Notes: generated from the sequence alone by a model not told the origin. A stretch of 64,000 nt of DNA from Octopus vulgaris (GCA_951406725.2 OX597834.1:38502001-38566000), one strand, 5' to 3'; shown: positions 1 to 13,537, numbered from the stretch's first letter. A program made the numbers and translations.

Positions 1-477
1 ATTTTATAGCTCTGTACAAGAAAATCAAAAAGAAAAACAAAATGGTGGTTATATCAGCGTATGTATATGTCAATAATGGTAATACATATATATATATTCT
101 TTTACTTTAGAACGAAGAAGAGAAAAACGAGAAAATGTTTTCTTACATACAAGGTAAAGATAAGAAAAATTAGAAAGCTAAAAATTTTTCTGACCTTTGC
201 TGATAGTATTTTTATATTTATAAGTTGGTTTTCTTTTTCTGTTTATTCCCAGTGAGTTCTATGTAACCGATTAGAATTAAATGCAAGTTCTTTCAAGTCT
301 TCGGGGTTATGGCTTGGAAAATGGACAACAGTCACGTAATAGTGGCAGATTTGTTGTTATTATATAAGTGAATTCGTAAAGAATGGTTGTGAAAGTGGAC
401 TCTGCGTTATTTGTATTGTATTTTATTTTGCCCCAAAATAGGTAGATAGATACAGATAAAGACAGAAAGATAGATAG

Positions 478-534
<57 letters not shown>

Positions 535-590
535 GTCTATCCGTCTAGTTAGACTATTTGTTAAATTGTCTGTATGGGCCTCTATTTGAC

Positions 591-647
<57 letters not shown>

Positions 648-688
648 TATATATGTGTGTGTATGCCTGTATGCGTATATATATGTGT

Positions 689-754
<66 letters not shown>

Positions 755-779
755 ATACACACAAACACACACACACACA

Positions 780-1090
780 CAAAGACATGAACGTTATGCC
801 AGAAGTTATGCAAAAGTGGGAATACCTCTTTTGGGAACAACTGAATAGGCTACTAGTGAACTTCTTCACGTTGGTCGAGTAACTCCTGCTGGTAAAAAGC
901 TGCTTACATACGATTTATGCCGTCGTTGAATCCAACTTTCGAATTCGCTTTTGAAAAGAGCGTGCACTATTGTATCCACTTCTTCATATCCACTTCCACC
1001 TTGTTTGTATTAGCAAGTCATTGTCCCTGAAGACTGTCTTTCATTGGCTCGAACACATGGAAATCGGAGGGCGCCAGATCCGAACTGTAC
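780..1090 (+). mobile_element. Possible 3' end of a Penelope-like element (GIY-YIG C-terminus plus LTR with decayed hammerhead core)
   Basis: ata cga ttt atg ccg tcg ttg aat = IRFMPSLN resembles the I..F.P.LN end of PLE GIY-YIG domains. It is followed by gtcc-CTGAAGA...GAAAtcgga-gggc (~1023-1071), which lacks a proper UH. Confidence 0.35.
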
Positions 1091-1106
1091 TATACATATA
1101 TATATA

Positions 1107-1200
1107 TTCTTTTATTTGTTTCAGCCATTTGACTGGGGACGTAACCGGGGACGTAAACGTCAACATCGGTTGTCAAGCGATAGTGGGGGAGGACACACAC
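1107..1200 (-). mobile_element. SINE family A, 3' fragment
   Basis: ttgtttcagccatttgac...ggggacgtaaac...catcggttgtcaagcgat matches the 3' module of the other family A copies. Confidence 0.75.
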
Positions 1201-1208
1201 AGACACAG

Positions 1209-1705
<497 letters not shown>

Positions 1706-2560
1706 AAGTATATATTTTTTAAACAAGAATATTATTGGTAGTGAGTTCGAAGTTACGGCCAGCAATTCGAATAATAAATTTGTACTCTCCAAAAAGTGAG
1801 AATATGTAAGGCTGTATAGTTATGCCGGCATGTTTATATATGTGCATACAGGAGTAATTGCCTGTGCATACATGTATGCATAACGTGCATCAGTGTGTAT
1901 ATGCGTTTGCTTGTGCATGTTTGAGTTTGTGTGAGCCTGTTCATGCATGCATGTATGTGCGCATGTGTTTGTTTGCATGCGTTGTGTGCATGCGTTTGTC
2001 TGTGTGTCGTTTGGGAGCAACCGGATGAATTGCCGAACTGAAACAACCGGAAGACGTTAGACAACCATTTTGTATGGTTGTCATGGCAATAGGTATAGGA
2101 TACACTGTGGAAGTGTGTAATGGATTTCGACTACTGACGGCTGAAGTACGGGGAACGGAAGGACTGACCAAAGAGAAGAAAGAGGAAGAGAGAGAGAGAG
2201 AGGTAATAGAGTGATTAATGAAGACAAAGAGAGGGAGGGTAAAAGAAGAGAGAGAGAGACAGGTGTGTGTGTGTGTGTGTGTGTGTGTGCATGCGAAGGA
2301 TAAAAATGAGAGAAAGAGAGATTAACAGATTTATATATATGTAAATGTGCATGTATATATATATATATATACATACATAGTCAATGAGAAAGCCTAAAGA
2401 AAGGGAAGTGAGATCAGTAACGTACAAGCGACATAGCATGAATGTTTATGTTTAATGTGTATATGTATATATATATATATATATATGTAATCTTTATAGT
2501 ACCTTTATAAACAGGGCTAATTTAGCTGTTTCACCGTAAATTGGAAAAAAATGATGAACA

Positions 2561-2605
2561 ACCTTAATCGATTTTCGAAGCCTACTGGATTCTCTTCAGA
2601 GAGGT
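2561..2605 (-). ncRNA. Minimal type I hammerhead-like motif (partly decayed stem I)
   Basis: Minus strand: acctct-CTGAAGA-gaatcc agta ggcttc-GAAA-atcgat-TA-aggt. Stem III is palindromic (aatcgatt). Lies in a ~230-bp unique segment between two (TA)n tracts. Confidence 0.55.
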
Positions 2606-2748
2606 CTACATCAATTTGACCAATCTCAGAGGAACAAATAGCCAATCTGTTTTATATACTCATTTACAGTTGCTACAGAGAACTGAAACTACTAATTTGC
2701 ATACCGTGCGTGTTAACACAGTGTATATATATATATATATATATATAC

Positions 2749-2851
<103 letters not shown>

Positions 2852-3304
2852 CAAAAGAGATTCCTATTTCCTGGACTGTGGACACTCGCGGTTGTCTGTA
2901 CCAATAATGGTAACCTGATGGATATGCTGAATGATTTGAAAGAAGGAGTAATACAGTGTTGAATGAGTTGGATACAGGAGTTCGAACAGACAGAACGTCA
3001 AAATGATAGACTGTTGATGCAAACCACAGCAATAGCCTGTCAGAAGCTTAAGTTCAGCTTTCAAGAGAATTTGAGGGTCTTCTTATTTTGACTAACCCCA
3101 AATATACTCACGGATTATATCGGGAGACGCATGGTTGCAGAACCCAGAGTAGACGTTGCTTGGTGTCGCGAGATAACCTAATCGATGATTTTTGACTACA
3201 GTATCAGTTGGCTGACTTTGTTTCGTGTACAATAATTTTAAGCTGTCTTGATATTTTGCGTTACACCGTTGCTCCATTCTCCGTTTCTTATATATGACAC
3301 AACG

Positions 3305-3612
3305 AAGACGTGCGGCTTTGTGTTTAAGGATATTCCGCCCACGATCATAAGGTTGTAAGTTTGGTTCCCAGCAGCGCTTTACGTCCTTGAGCAAAACCCT
3401 TTATTTCACGTTGCTCCAGTTCACTTAGCTGGCAATAAATGAGTTGTACCTGTAATTAAAACGGCCAGCCTTGTCACATTCTGTGTCACGCTGAATCTCC
3501 TCAAGAACTGTTAAGTTACGCGAGTCTGTGGAGTTCTGTCATTTGCACATTTAATATCACGAACAGGCTTTCCGTCTATAGGATCAGCTAGAACCCTCGT
3601 CTTCGTAACCAT
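3305..3612 (+). mobile_element. tRNA-derived SINE family C
   Basis: Decayed tRNA-like head, then gtccttgagcaaaaccctttatttcacgttgctccagttcacttagctggcaataaatgagttgtacc. Matches the reverse-strand copies at 8592 and 27908. Confidence 0.8.
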
Positions 3613-4220
3613 CTACCTGGCTACCTATCTACCTACCTACCTAACTAACCACTCATATTCAAGCTTACATATTCATTTCTTGCTCAATGTACCCGTCTCC
3701 TACTCTACATACCCATGTCATGCCTTACTTACCTTTCCTAGCAATGCTCTACCCATATCTTACACGTATACTACACTCTCTACCCATGTCTCACCTTTAA
3801 AATGTCCTACCCTACCCTGCAGTATTAAGTCCTACATACCCGTGTATCACCCAATTTAGCTATAACTAACTTACCGTCATGCCAATATCACAAATCAATA
3901 AGTTTTAATTTGATTTTATGTTAGTGTATATATGTATATAGTTTCCCATGTATTCTATATAAACGGGTGTGTTTACGTGTAGGTGGGCGTTTATATGCTG
4001 TTATGTGTGTATGTGTGCGATAGAGAAGGAGGAAGAGAGGGGATGAATTGAGAGACAGAAAGAGAAGAGAGTAAGCGAAACAGAGAGAGAGAGGTTTGTA
4101 GAGATTTGTCTATGCTTATGTCTGTATCTATTTAACTGGGAGAGTTACGTGAATTGAGTTGTGTATGAATAGGGGAAAGTATTAGCGAGACACACTCACG
4201 CACATATATACGAGCGGTTG

Positions 4221-4254
<34 letters not shown>

Positions 4255-5239
4255 AGCGGGGTGTATGCATATAGGCGTATGTATAAGTGTGTTTATACAA
4301 GCGTACTAGTTTGCAGTTGACAAGACATCCGCCATCTTAATCAGTTCTGCTGAAGCACTGGACAAAAGAGACTGATGGAAATCGGTTTATCGGTCAGCAT
4401 TAAGGGATCGATAACACAGCTAATCCATAAAGTACACACGCACATACACACATACATATACACACACACACGCATACATATAAACACATAGATATTACTC
4501 ACCGACATACTTGCAAAACACAGACACACACAGACACACAGGCATGGTCATACAGACACGCACATACGCATTCGTGCACATTGACACGCCTGAATGTATA
4601 CACATTCACATTCACGCACACGTAGACACACCGAAACCCAGAAACACACAATTACACATATTCATTGACATCCACAGCCAGGCATGCACATAATTATGCA
4701 AGGTTTTTTATGCCTGGATGTGATGCCGAGAATGTGAATGCGTGTGTGAAAGAGAGGGAAAGTGAAAGTGAAAGTGAAAGTAGAAAGTATGTCTGTGGGT
4801 GTGTATGTGGGTGTTTGTGTTTTGTGTGCGTGCAAATGTGTTTCTGTGTGTTTGCGTGGGAACTCTTATAAAGAAACAGGAAAATGTGTGTGCCAAGTGC
4901 GTTCGTGAATGTATGCTTGTTTATGCATGTACATATATATAGGCACGTATGTTAATACATATATATGAATGCATATATTTACACATATGTGAGTGTGTGG
5001 CACAAATACATACACACATACAAGCTTATATATAAAAATATATATATATATATATATATATATGAAAACATAAGCATAAAAATATGCATAATGCATATAC
5101 ATACAGATATACAGACAGACATACAGACAGGCAGACCGATAGGTAGATAATATATTTATACACACACACACGCAGACACACACACACGCAGACACACACA
5201 CACAAATATACGCACGTAAGTGCAGCATTGTTAAGATTT

Positions 5240-5520
5240 TCGTTTAGGAACGGCTGGGCACCGACTCAATCGCATCGCGTAGCACCTTGGACAAATGTCA
5301 TTGTTCTATAAACCTGAGGCGACCCACACCTTCTTAGAGAAATTACGTAAACAGAAACATCACAGGAGTCCTTTGGCATGGATTATATGTATCCGTAGTT
5401 TAAAGGCACAGCCTTGTCACACACACACACAGTCATGCACATTCTCTCTGAGAATTGCATTAAAAGTACACGTTCAATGACCAGAAAATGCCGGTGATCG
5501 AACTATTGATCTTCATCATC
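5240..5520 (+). mobile_element. Diverged SINE chimera (family A head plus family C-like 3' part)
   Basis: gcaccttggacaaatgtcattgttctata resembles A; aaaggcacagccttgtcacac resembles C. Confidence 0.5.
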
Positions 5521-5572
5521 GGTGAGAATTCAGCTGTGCGATATGTATGTATGTATGTATGTATGTTTATGT

Positions 5573-6122
5573 CAGGTCACTTTCGAGTGCTACTGGTAAC
5601 ATGTAACCCAGTACAACCTGTTGCATGGTCGGGTCGTCGGCGACTAAACCGGCAACCCCACCTAGCTTGCTTGGTGAGGAGGGTGTTTATTGGACACCCT
5701 GCGGGATGAAAAACAAAACCCGTCAAAGGGCGGAGGAACTCTTGAGAGTTAACGGCCATCCAATGAATTCTTAAGGCTGTATCATGCGCGGGGACATAGA
5801 AATAATCGGACTGAATACCCGATCGCGCGGTTAAACCATTGGGAGTGAAGGACTCCTAGTCTTTGGTAGGGCATCCTTCTAGGAGAAGGTAACTCAGGTA
5901 ACTGGGATAACTCCGAAATAAAACCTGCAGCTCAGTGGTTAACGATGATGTTGACTTGTTCTTCTTTTCGGATTATGGCTGCTGTTGCTTAATGAGTGGG
6001 ATTGACTCAGTGCACAGCCTTTCCTCACTTTAAAAAAAATCTTCTTGCACAGGCATTGCACGATAAGAACATTGATTAAGCTTCGTACAATGGCCATACT
6101 CGATAACGAGGGGGCAGCCACC
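5573..6122 (+). mobile_element. Structured non-autonomous RTE-like retroelement (5'UTR-derived) inside (TATG)n
   Basis: Contains gggcatccttctaggagaaggtaactc...aaacc, resembling the motif of RTE-clade 5' UTRs. Many hairpins, no long ORF, (TATG)n on both sides. Confidence 0.6.
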
Positions 6123-6162
6123 ATGTATGTATGTATGTATGTATGTATGTATGCATGCATGC

Positions 6163-6403
6163 GTTTATATATCCTCTGATGAAGGAGCTGGTTTCTAACA
6201 TACACACAAAGCTCCATCATTGGAATGTAAATAACAAAAACTATGTCACATTTTAAACTTGAGAAAATTCTTGCATATTTTTTCTGTTCCGCTTACAAAT
6301 TGCATTTGTCAAGTGCAAGTTGGTCGATTTCTCTTTCTGAAGAATTTGTAAACTAGATATAGAGACAGGAGGTTTCGAAGCAGATGTCCATAGTTATCTG
6401 TAC

Positions 6404-6405
<2 letters not shown>
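6163..6405 (-). mobile_element. RLE-type (R4/Dong-like) non-LTR 3' fragment
   Basis: The reverse complement (ctgcttcgaaacctcc...cagaaagagaaatcgacc...ggaacagaaaaaatatgc...ttttctcaagtt) aligns by eye to 10160-10450. Confidence 0.75.
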
Positions 6406-6406
<1 letters not shown>

Positions 6407-6435
<29 letters not shown>

Positions 6436-6709
6436 CGTATGTATGTATGTATGTATGTATGTATGTATGTATGTATGTATGTATGTATGTATGTATGTAT
6501 GTATGGATGGATGGATGGATGGATGGATGGATGGAAAGAGAGACAGATAGACAGAGAGACTGCCCATCAGCTGAGAGATAGACAGACATACCGGCAGGGA
6601 GAAAATAGGGAAATAGGTTTTAGACAGATCGACGGATAGACTAACACACAGACAGGTAGACAGATGTCAGCCATGTAGAGAGATAAGCAAACAGACAAAC
6701 AGGGAGATG

Positions 6710-6770
<61 letters not shown>

Positions 6771-6846
6771 GCAGACAGACAGGTAGATGGACAGACAGAC
6801 TTATAGATACATAAATAGACAGACTGATAGATAGAGACAGACATAC

Positions 6847-6930
<84 letters not shown>

Positions 6931-7047
6931 ATTGGTTGGTAGGTAGGTAGGTAGGTAGGTAGGTAGGCAGGCAGACGGGCAAATAGACAGACAAGACAGA
7001 CCGACAAACAGACGGACAGAAAGACAGACAGAAAGATAGATAGATAT

Positions 7048-7084
<37 letters not shown>

Positions 7085-7090
7085 CAGATA
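6407..7090. repeat. Compound microsatellite (TATG, GGAT, GATA, GACA, TA, GGTA)
   Basis: Directly visible tandem units. Confidence 0.95.
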
Positions 7091-7830
7091 GAACCATGGA
7101 GAGACATATTGTTTGAGATATGAGAAAGGGAAGGATAATAAAAGCAGTAAATAACAATATAAAGGGAGAGAGGGGTGGGGATAGAGGAGTATTGGATGTG
7201 TCTGTCTGTCTGTGGATGTCGGAGGGAAACACAGAAAGGTAAAGAAGCTATGTCTGAGCGGTGAAGAGAGGGAGGCGGGTGGGTGGGTGGGTATGTATGT
7301 CTGGAATGCCGGAATGAAGAATGAGGTTGAAGAATTGGAACAACAAAGTGATGGAACAGCAGAGAATGGATGGCGAGGTCAATGAGGTGGTATGTCTGCG
7401 TCTGAGTGGGTGAGAGGAGGGGTGGTGGTGGCGGGTGATGGAGTCGGAGCAGTTAATGCATGAAATAGTTTGGTAGTGGATGGGATCAGTTCAGATTAGT
7501 GTGTGCAATTAACGATAAACTGAGAGATGGGTGGACACACGTACACACAGACAGACCGATAGACAGACAGACAGACGGGCTCGGAGACAGACTGGAAAGA
7601 CACGTAAAGGAAAGGAAAGGAAAGGAAAAAAAAAAAAGGCGCGCAGAGTCAGACGAACGGGCGGACAGACAGACAGGCGGGCAGACAAGAGAGACAGACT
7701 GACAGAGAGACAGACGGGTCAGACAGACAGTGAGTGTGTGTGTGTGTGTGTGTGTGTAAGCACTGAGATATTGATAAATATTGATAAGCTGCAACAAAAC
7801 AGTAATTCCACACATTTCAGCGTGTAGATA

Positions 7831-7890
<60 letters not shown>

Positions 7891-8034
7891 CGTGTGTGTG
7901 TGTGTGTGTGCGTGTGTGCGTGCGCGCAAGCACTACTATTACCATTACGACAACGATGACAACATCTACTACTACTACTACTACTACTACAACTATACTA
8001 CTACTACTACTACTACTACTGTTATTATTCTTAG

Positions 8035-8260
8035 CGGAATTCTTCTTACCGCGTCGAATAAAATGTTTAGCGGCATCTCTTCCGTCTTTATATTCTGAGT
8101 TCAAATTCTGCTGGAATCATTTTGCCTTTTATCCTCTCGGGGATCGATAAAATTAGTACCAGTCAAGCCCTGGTGTCGATGTAATTGACTAACCCCCATC
8201 TCACCCTGCACAATTTCAGGCCTTGTTCTTAATAGTAGAAATATTGGCCTTGTGCTAAAC
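8035..8260 (+). mobile_element. tRNA-derived SINE family B (diverged)
   Basis: ttctgagttcaaattc (B box), then gccttttatcctctcgggg..gataaaattagtacc. Confidence 0.75.
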
Positions 8261-8332
8261 TTTGAAGTCATCCCCAATCATCGTCATCATCACCACCACC
8301 ACCATCATCATCATTATTATCATTACTATTAT

Positions 8333-8777
8333 TACTCTTTACTTGTTTCAGTCATTTGACTGCAGCCATGCTGGAGCACCGCCTTTAGTCGAGCAAATTG
8401 ACCCCCAGGTCTTATTCTTTGTAAGCCTAGTACTTATTCTATCGATATCATTTGCCGAACCGCTAAGTTACGGGGACGTAAACACACCAGCATCGGTTGT
8501 CAAGCGATGTTGGGGGGGGGACAAACACAGACACACAGACACATACACACATGTATATACATATATACGGCGGGCTTCTTTCAGTTTCCACTCACAGAAT
8601 GTGACAAAGCTGGCCTTTTGGAAATACATGTACAAGTCGTTTTTTTGCCAGCTGAGTGGACTGAAGCAACGTGAAATAAAGTGTCTTGCTCAAGGACATA
8701 ACGCTCCGTCAAACATCAAACTCACAACCTTACAATCTTGAGCTAAAGATTTTAACTGCTTAGCCACGAGCCCTCAA
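8333..8777 (-). mobile_element. Family A 3' part fused to a family C 5' part
   Basis: Family A sequence spans 8333-~8590 and stops at cagtttcc. Family C sequence (tgtgacaaagctggcc...gagtggactgaagcaacgtgaaataaagtgtcttgctcaagg) follows to ~8777. Confidence 0.8.
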
Positions 8778-9189
8778 CATGCAGCAAAACTACACCAGTT
8801 AAAGCAACACACACACATGCCTAAACAAACATACATGATCCAAACATTATGAAGTATAAGTACTGCGGATAAACAGAGAAATCCGTTTGTGACAGAAACA
8901 AAGTTGATGGATTGTCATCCATAAGGTGCTGCTAAAGGAATCTGACGAACCAACCGAATGACTAATCGAATGACTGGCTCATTAATGAGTTAATTGGTCG
9001 ATTTCTTGATTGGTAATGATAAACACGTGGAATATTACTAATGCGCGTTTTATTGGCAATATGACCCTCTCAATGAACAATAGCAATATTAACAACACAT
9101 TTCACATAAAAAATTGAACAGAACAAATGCAAAAGCGAAATATTATGTAATATTTTATTTTACATACATACATACATACATTATAGACG

Positions 9190-9450
9190 TCAAAATAGGA
9201 AAATGGAAAATTTTTCGATTTTTTTATTCACTTTTACACGTCTTTCATTTGCTAATATGAGTTACAAAATTGTACATGTACTAGAAAAAGATATTTCTTA
9301 GTTCTTCTGACAGAAAATGTCTGAAGAATTTCTAATAGGAGATATCTTACATGTTTTCTATCACATATACAACTTAGTAACTCCTATTAGCGAATGAAAC
9401 GTGTATAATGATTAATATATGATAACAAAACCTTTTCCAATCGTCTATTT
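9190..9450. repeat. Imperfect inverted repeat containing a hammerhead-like core on the right arm
   Basis: acacgtctttcatttgctaatatgagttac pairs with gtaactcctattagcgaatgaaacgtgt. Right arm: CTGAAGA (9321-27), stem ctaataggag/ctcctattag, GAAAcgtgTA (9396-9405). Confidence 0.7.
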
Positions 9451-9587
9451 TCATATTATTACCCCGTAGAAAATATTTTCCAGTATTTTCAATTCTTATG
9501 CACATCTACATACGGATTTGGACTACTGGAATAAGCAGATGTGCTTTAAAAGGACACAGCTTGGATTTTAACCCTGTGATCATAATA

Positions 9588-9618
<31 letters not shown>

Positions 9619-9667
9619 CATACATACATACATACATACATACATACATACATACATACATACATGC

Positions 9668-10476
9668 ACAAGACCACTACATCACATCACACTTTGAAAG
9701 CTATGCGTTTGTAATCGAGGAGCTTGCCACAAAGTATCTGGTGAAGAAGAGAGACAGTGACGCTCTTGTAATCCCAAGGTGCAACCGCATGGGAAGGCTA
9801 TGTCATGTTTCTGTGGAAGACATCACGCATGTGATTAGCAGCTGTCGTAAAATGTCCCAGTACTACCTCCCTATGCGGCACTATGTTGTTGCAAAAGCAA
9901 TTTACAATGCCATCTGCAAAAAAGACTGTCCTGAAATAAACTTAGAAAGTCCCTCTGTTATGAAAAATACTTTCATAAACACTAATTCATGTAATACTAG
10001 TGGAATATTCCCATCAAAACTTCTGTCAAATGTAAACATAACAAACCGGATATTGTTGTTTGGGACAGAGGAGCAAAGGTATGTACCACCATAGAGGTCA
10101 GCTGCTCTGCAGATATAAATATCTCTTTGAAAATCTAAGGAAAAGAGGATATCTATGAACAACTGCTTCGAAACCTCCCGCTTCTATATTCAGACAATGA
10201 ATTCATATTCTTACCGATAATAATTGAAGCACTAGGTTTTGTTAGTAAATGCTTAAAGAAGAATCTAGATAAACTGGGATTTTCAGAAAGAGAAATTGAC
10301 CGGCTGATTTGTACATTGCAAGTTCAATCTTCGCGTGGAACAGTAAAAATATGCTGGACTTTTCTCAAGTTCCAAATGTGAATTTGTCTGTGTTAATTAC
10401 ATCCAAAAGTTGGAGCCCTGTATCTTTGTTGGAAACCGGCGCCCTGCTCAGTGGAAGATTTACAATAATTAAAAAA
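9668..10476 (+). mobile_element. 5'-truncated RLE-type non-LTR retrotransposon (R4/Dong-like): zinc knuckle plus restriction-like endonuclease, decayed
   Basis: Translates (with frameshifts) to GRLCHVSVEDITHVISSC...RHYVVAKAIY (CCHC/RHD-like), KHNKPDIVVWD...IEVSC (PD..D-type RLE) and PIIIEALG. Ends with aataattaaaaa. Confidence 0.85.
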
Positions 10477-10944
10477 TAGAAGAGACACACATACATATAC
10501 AGAGACCGACTGACAGAGAGACAGACAGACAGGCCAACAGATAGTCAGATAGATAGACAGACAAACGGACAAACAGACAGACGGACGGTCGGGCAGACAG
10601 ACAGACGGACGGACAAACAGGAACATAAGATCAGCCGAAATTTGCTGTGATGATCCGGTTCCTGACTGAAGATTAAAGGCTTCGAATGACCCGTCCGTTT
10701 TTTGTGTCGTCTCTTTGTGTATTTCACGTTCTTGTCCCTTTTTATATATAATTTTTATACCTATATTATTGCGGCGTAACGTACACCTTGTTCTCTTATG
10801 TATGCTACATATAAAATAGTGGGAAAGAGTGAGATGGAGAGGGAGGTATAATGAGAGATAGGGAAAGGAGAACAATACACATACACACAAACACACACGC
10901 TCATAAATACGCACATGTACACACGTTCTTTTTTTTTTTTTTTT

Positions 10945-11140
10945 TTTTACTACTATAGGCACATAAGGCCTGATATTTGGGGGCAGGGAGCTAGTCACTT
11001 ACATCAACTCCAGTTCTCGATTGGTACATATTTTATCGACCTCGAAAGGGTGAAAGGTAAAGTCGACCTCGACGGCATTTGAGCTCAGAACGTAAAAAAA
11101 AACCCGAAAGAAATGCCGCTAATCATTCTATCCCGCGCAG
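10945..11140 (-). mobile_element. SINE family B
   Basis: ttttatcgacctcgaaagggtgaaaggtaaagtcgacctcgacggcatttgagctcagaacg. Confidence 0.8.
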
Positions 11141-11434
11141 TAAACACATGTATTAAGGCAACCAGCGGAGCCTCTCCGCAGTCACTCGATCTGCTGGAAA
11201 TAACAGCTATATCTCCCTCAAGTGACACTTTAGATCTTATAACAGAACAAATTATATACGTTAGATAATATAATGGCGATGATGACGGTTACGGTAGAGG
11301 TGATGACGATTTTGGTCATATTGAGTGTGTGTGAGGGGAGTGGTGATGGAGCTAGTGGTCAGTGTGGTGATGACGAATGCAGTATGCAGCGTACTAGCTA
11401 ACTGTGGGGTACACCACGACAGGTGCATCTTCAA

Positions 11435-11900
11435 GTTAGCCCTGATTCATTAGACGTTGTTCTGGGGTGTCCTCAATCAGCTCTCATCTATCACATTTAT
11501 AGGGTACCCCTAACTCAGCTTTGATCCACCACCCGTTGTTATGGGGTATACTCAATCAGCTCTCATCTATCACACTTATTTGTGGAGTTCTCTTAACTCA
11601 GCCCTAATCAATCAGATGTTGTTCTGGGGTGTCCTCAATCAGCTCTCATCTATCACATTTATAGGGTACCCCTAATTTAGCCCTGGTCCACCAGACGTTG
11701 TTATGAGGTATCCTCAGTCAGCTCTCATCTATCACACTTATTTGTGCAGTACCCCTAACTCAGCCCAAATCCATCAGGCGTTGTTCTGGGGTGTCCTCAA
11801 TCAGCCCTTATCTATCACACTTATTTGTAAGGTACCTGTAACTCACCCCTGATCCACCAGACGTTTTTTCTGGGGTATCCTCGTGTCAGTTCGGATTCAT
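11435..11900. repeat. Minisatellite, ~80-bp units alternating ~79/83 bp
   Basis: cagctctcatctatcaca recurs at about 11478, 11557, 11640, 11719 and 11802. Confidence 0.9.
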
Positions 11901-11989
11901 CAGCTCTATGATGGAAGGTATTGAAACTGATCGCCATCCCGTGTCTTTTGTGAACCGCGAAATATCTTATCGAACATGGAAGAAAGTAG

Positions 11990-12675
11990 GTTGCAGTACG
12001 ATGGTTATGATGATGTAACGGTAGAGAGTTTTAGAAACAATGGTGGTGGTAGTGGTGGTGGTAACGGTGGTTGTGAAGGTGATGGGTGTAGCGGTGACGA
12101 TGGTTGTGGTAATGGTGGGAGTGATGCTGTTGATGAGGATGATGTAAATGGTGGTGGTGGTGGTGGTGGTGGTGGTGGTGGTGGTGGTGGTCATAGTCGT
12201 AGTAGTGAGTTGGTAGGTGCGACAATGCTGTTGTTGATGATATGTCGTGAGGCTGGTGGTGGAGGCAACAGTAATAGTGATGGTGGTGGTAGTAGTAGTG
12301 ATGATGATGATGGTAGTGGTGGTGATAGTGGTGGTGGTGGTGGTGGTGGTGGTGGTAGTGGTTGTGAAGGTGGTTGAGGTGGTGGTGGTGGTGGTAAAGG
12401 TGGTGTTGGTGACGTTGATGGTGATGGTGAATCGGCTCCTGGTAATAATATTCATTACTGCTGCTGTCCATATAGAGGTATAGAGGTGTGTGTGTGTGTG
12501 TGTGTGTAGATGACATTAGTTACTGGTGAAAGTAGGTCAAAAGCAGTGCGTATTAGTCATCGAACATGGTAGGTAGGGAGATGTAAGGATTGGTATAGAT
12601 GAAGAGATTGTTTATTGTGGTGATGGGAGATTGAGGTGCGAAGGGGGCAGAGTGATCGATATGTGCGTTTGTGCA

Positions 12676-12712
<37 letters not shown>

Positions 12713-13150
12713 GGGTCAATGTAATAGACTTATGTGAGTTGCCATAACTGTATAGCCGTGACGATGATGATGATGCTGGTGAGGATGGTGGTGGTGGTGG
12801 TGGTGGTGGTGGTGGTGGTGGTGGTGGTGGTGATGCTGAGGGTGTCTTGATGGTGTGATATGGGGTAGTAAAGCGATGGTGGCTGTCTTGGTGATGATTA
12901 TGGTGGGGTGGAGGGTTAGTGGTGCTAGTAATGAGATGATGATGGCGATGGTGGTGGTGGGGGAACAGTTAGAAGTGGTAGGAGTGGTGGGATGATGACG
13001 GTAGTGTTGGTGCTTGTGGTGGTGGTGGCGGCGGCGGCTGTGGTGGTGGCGGTGGTGGTGGTGGCGGCGGCGGTGGTGGTGGCGGCGACGGTGGTGGTGG
13101 TGGAGGCGATGATGGTGGTGATAGTGGCGGTGGCGGCGGCGGCAGAGGAT
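11990..13150. repeat. Degenerate (GGT/GAT)n trinucleotide tracts with interspersed (GT)n
   Basis: Visible low-complexity tracts; the ORFs here are poly-G/V/H/T artefacts. Confidence 0.9.
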
Positions 13151-13501
13151 GTGTATGAGGAGTATGAAGGGGAAAATTGGGAATTGGGTCCAGAAGATGA
13201 CGGGAAAGATGTAATATACAGTGACAGATACGGAGTAAGACGGTAAGAAAGAAAGAAAGCGAGAGAGTATTTTAGTGTGTGAGAGAGGTGCAGAGAGAGA
13301 GAGAGAGAGAGAGGGTGAAGACAGACAAAGGAAGTGAGATAGACGGAAAGAGGGAGGGAGAGAGAGAGAGGGGGAGACAGAGTTAGACAGACAGACAGAC
13401 AGACAGAGAAGAGGAGAGTAAATGTGAAGGAACTTATGTGTTGAGCTTTTCAGATGAGTTTCGTAAATGCAGAGAGAGGGGGAGAGAGGGAGGAAAGAGA
13501 G

Positions 13502-13537
<36 letters not shown>

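Noticed and set aside
1995-2171. Minus-strand exon (VSPSVPRTSAVSSRNPLH...) after a pyrimidine tract
   Set aside because: No recognisable domain or clear donor site; the pyrimidine tract is a microsatellite.
2864-3230. Two possible minus-strand exons with a GTGAGT donor
   Set aside because: No consistent frame or recognisable protein; equally compatible with decayed repeat.
10655-10700. CTGAAGA...CGAATG as a hammerhead
   Set aside because: Lacks GAAA and a convincing stem I or III.
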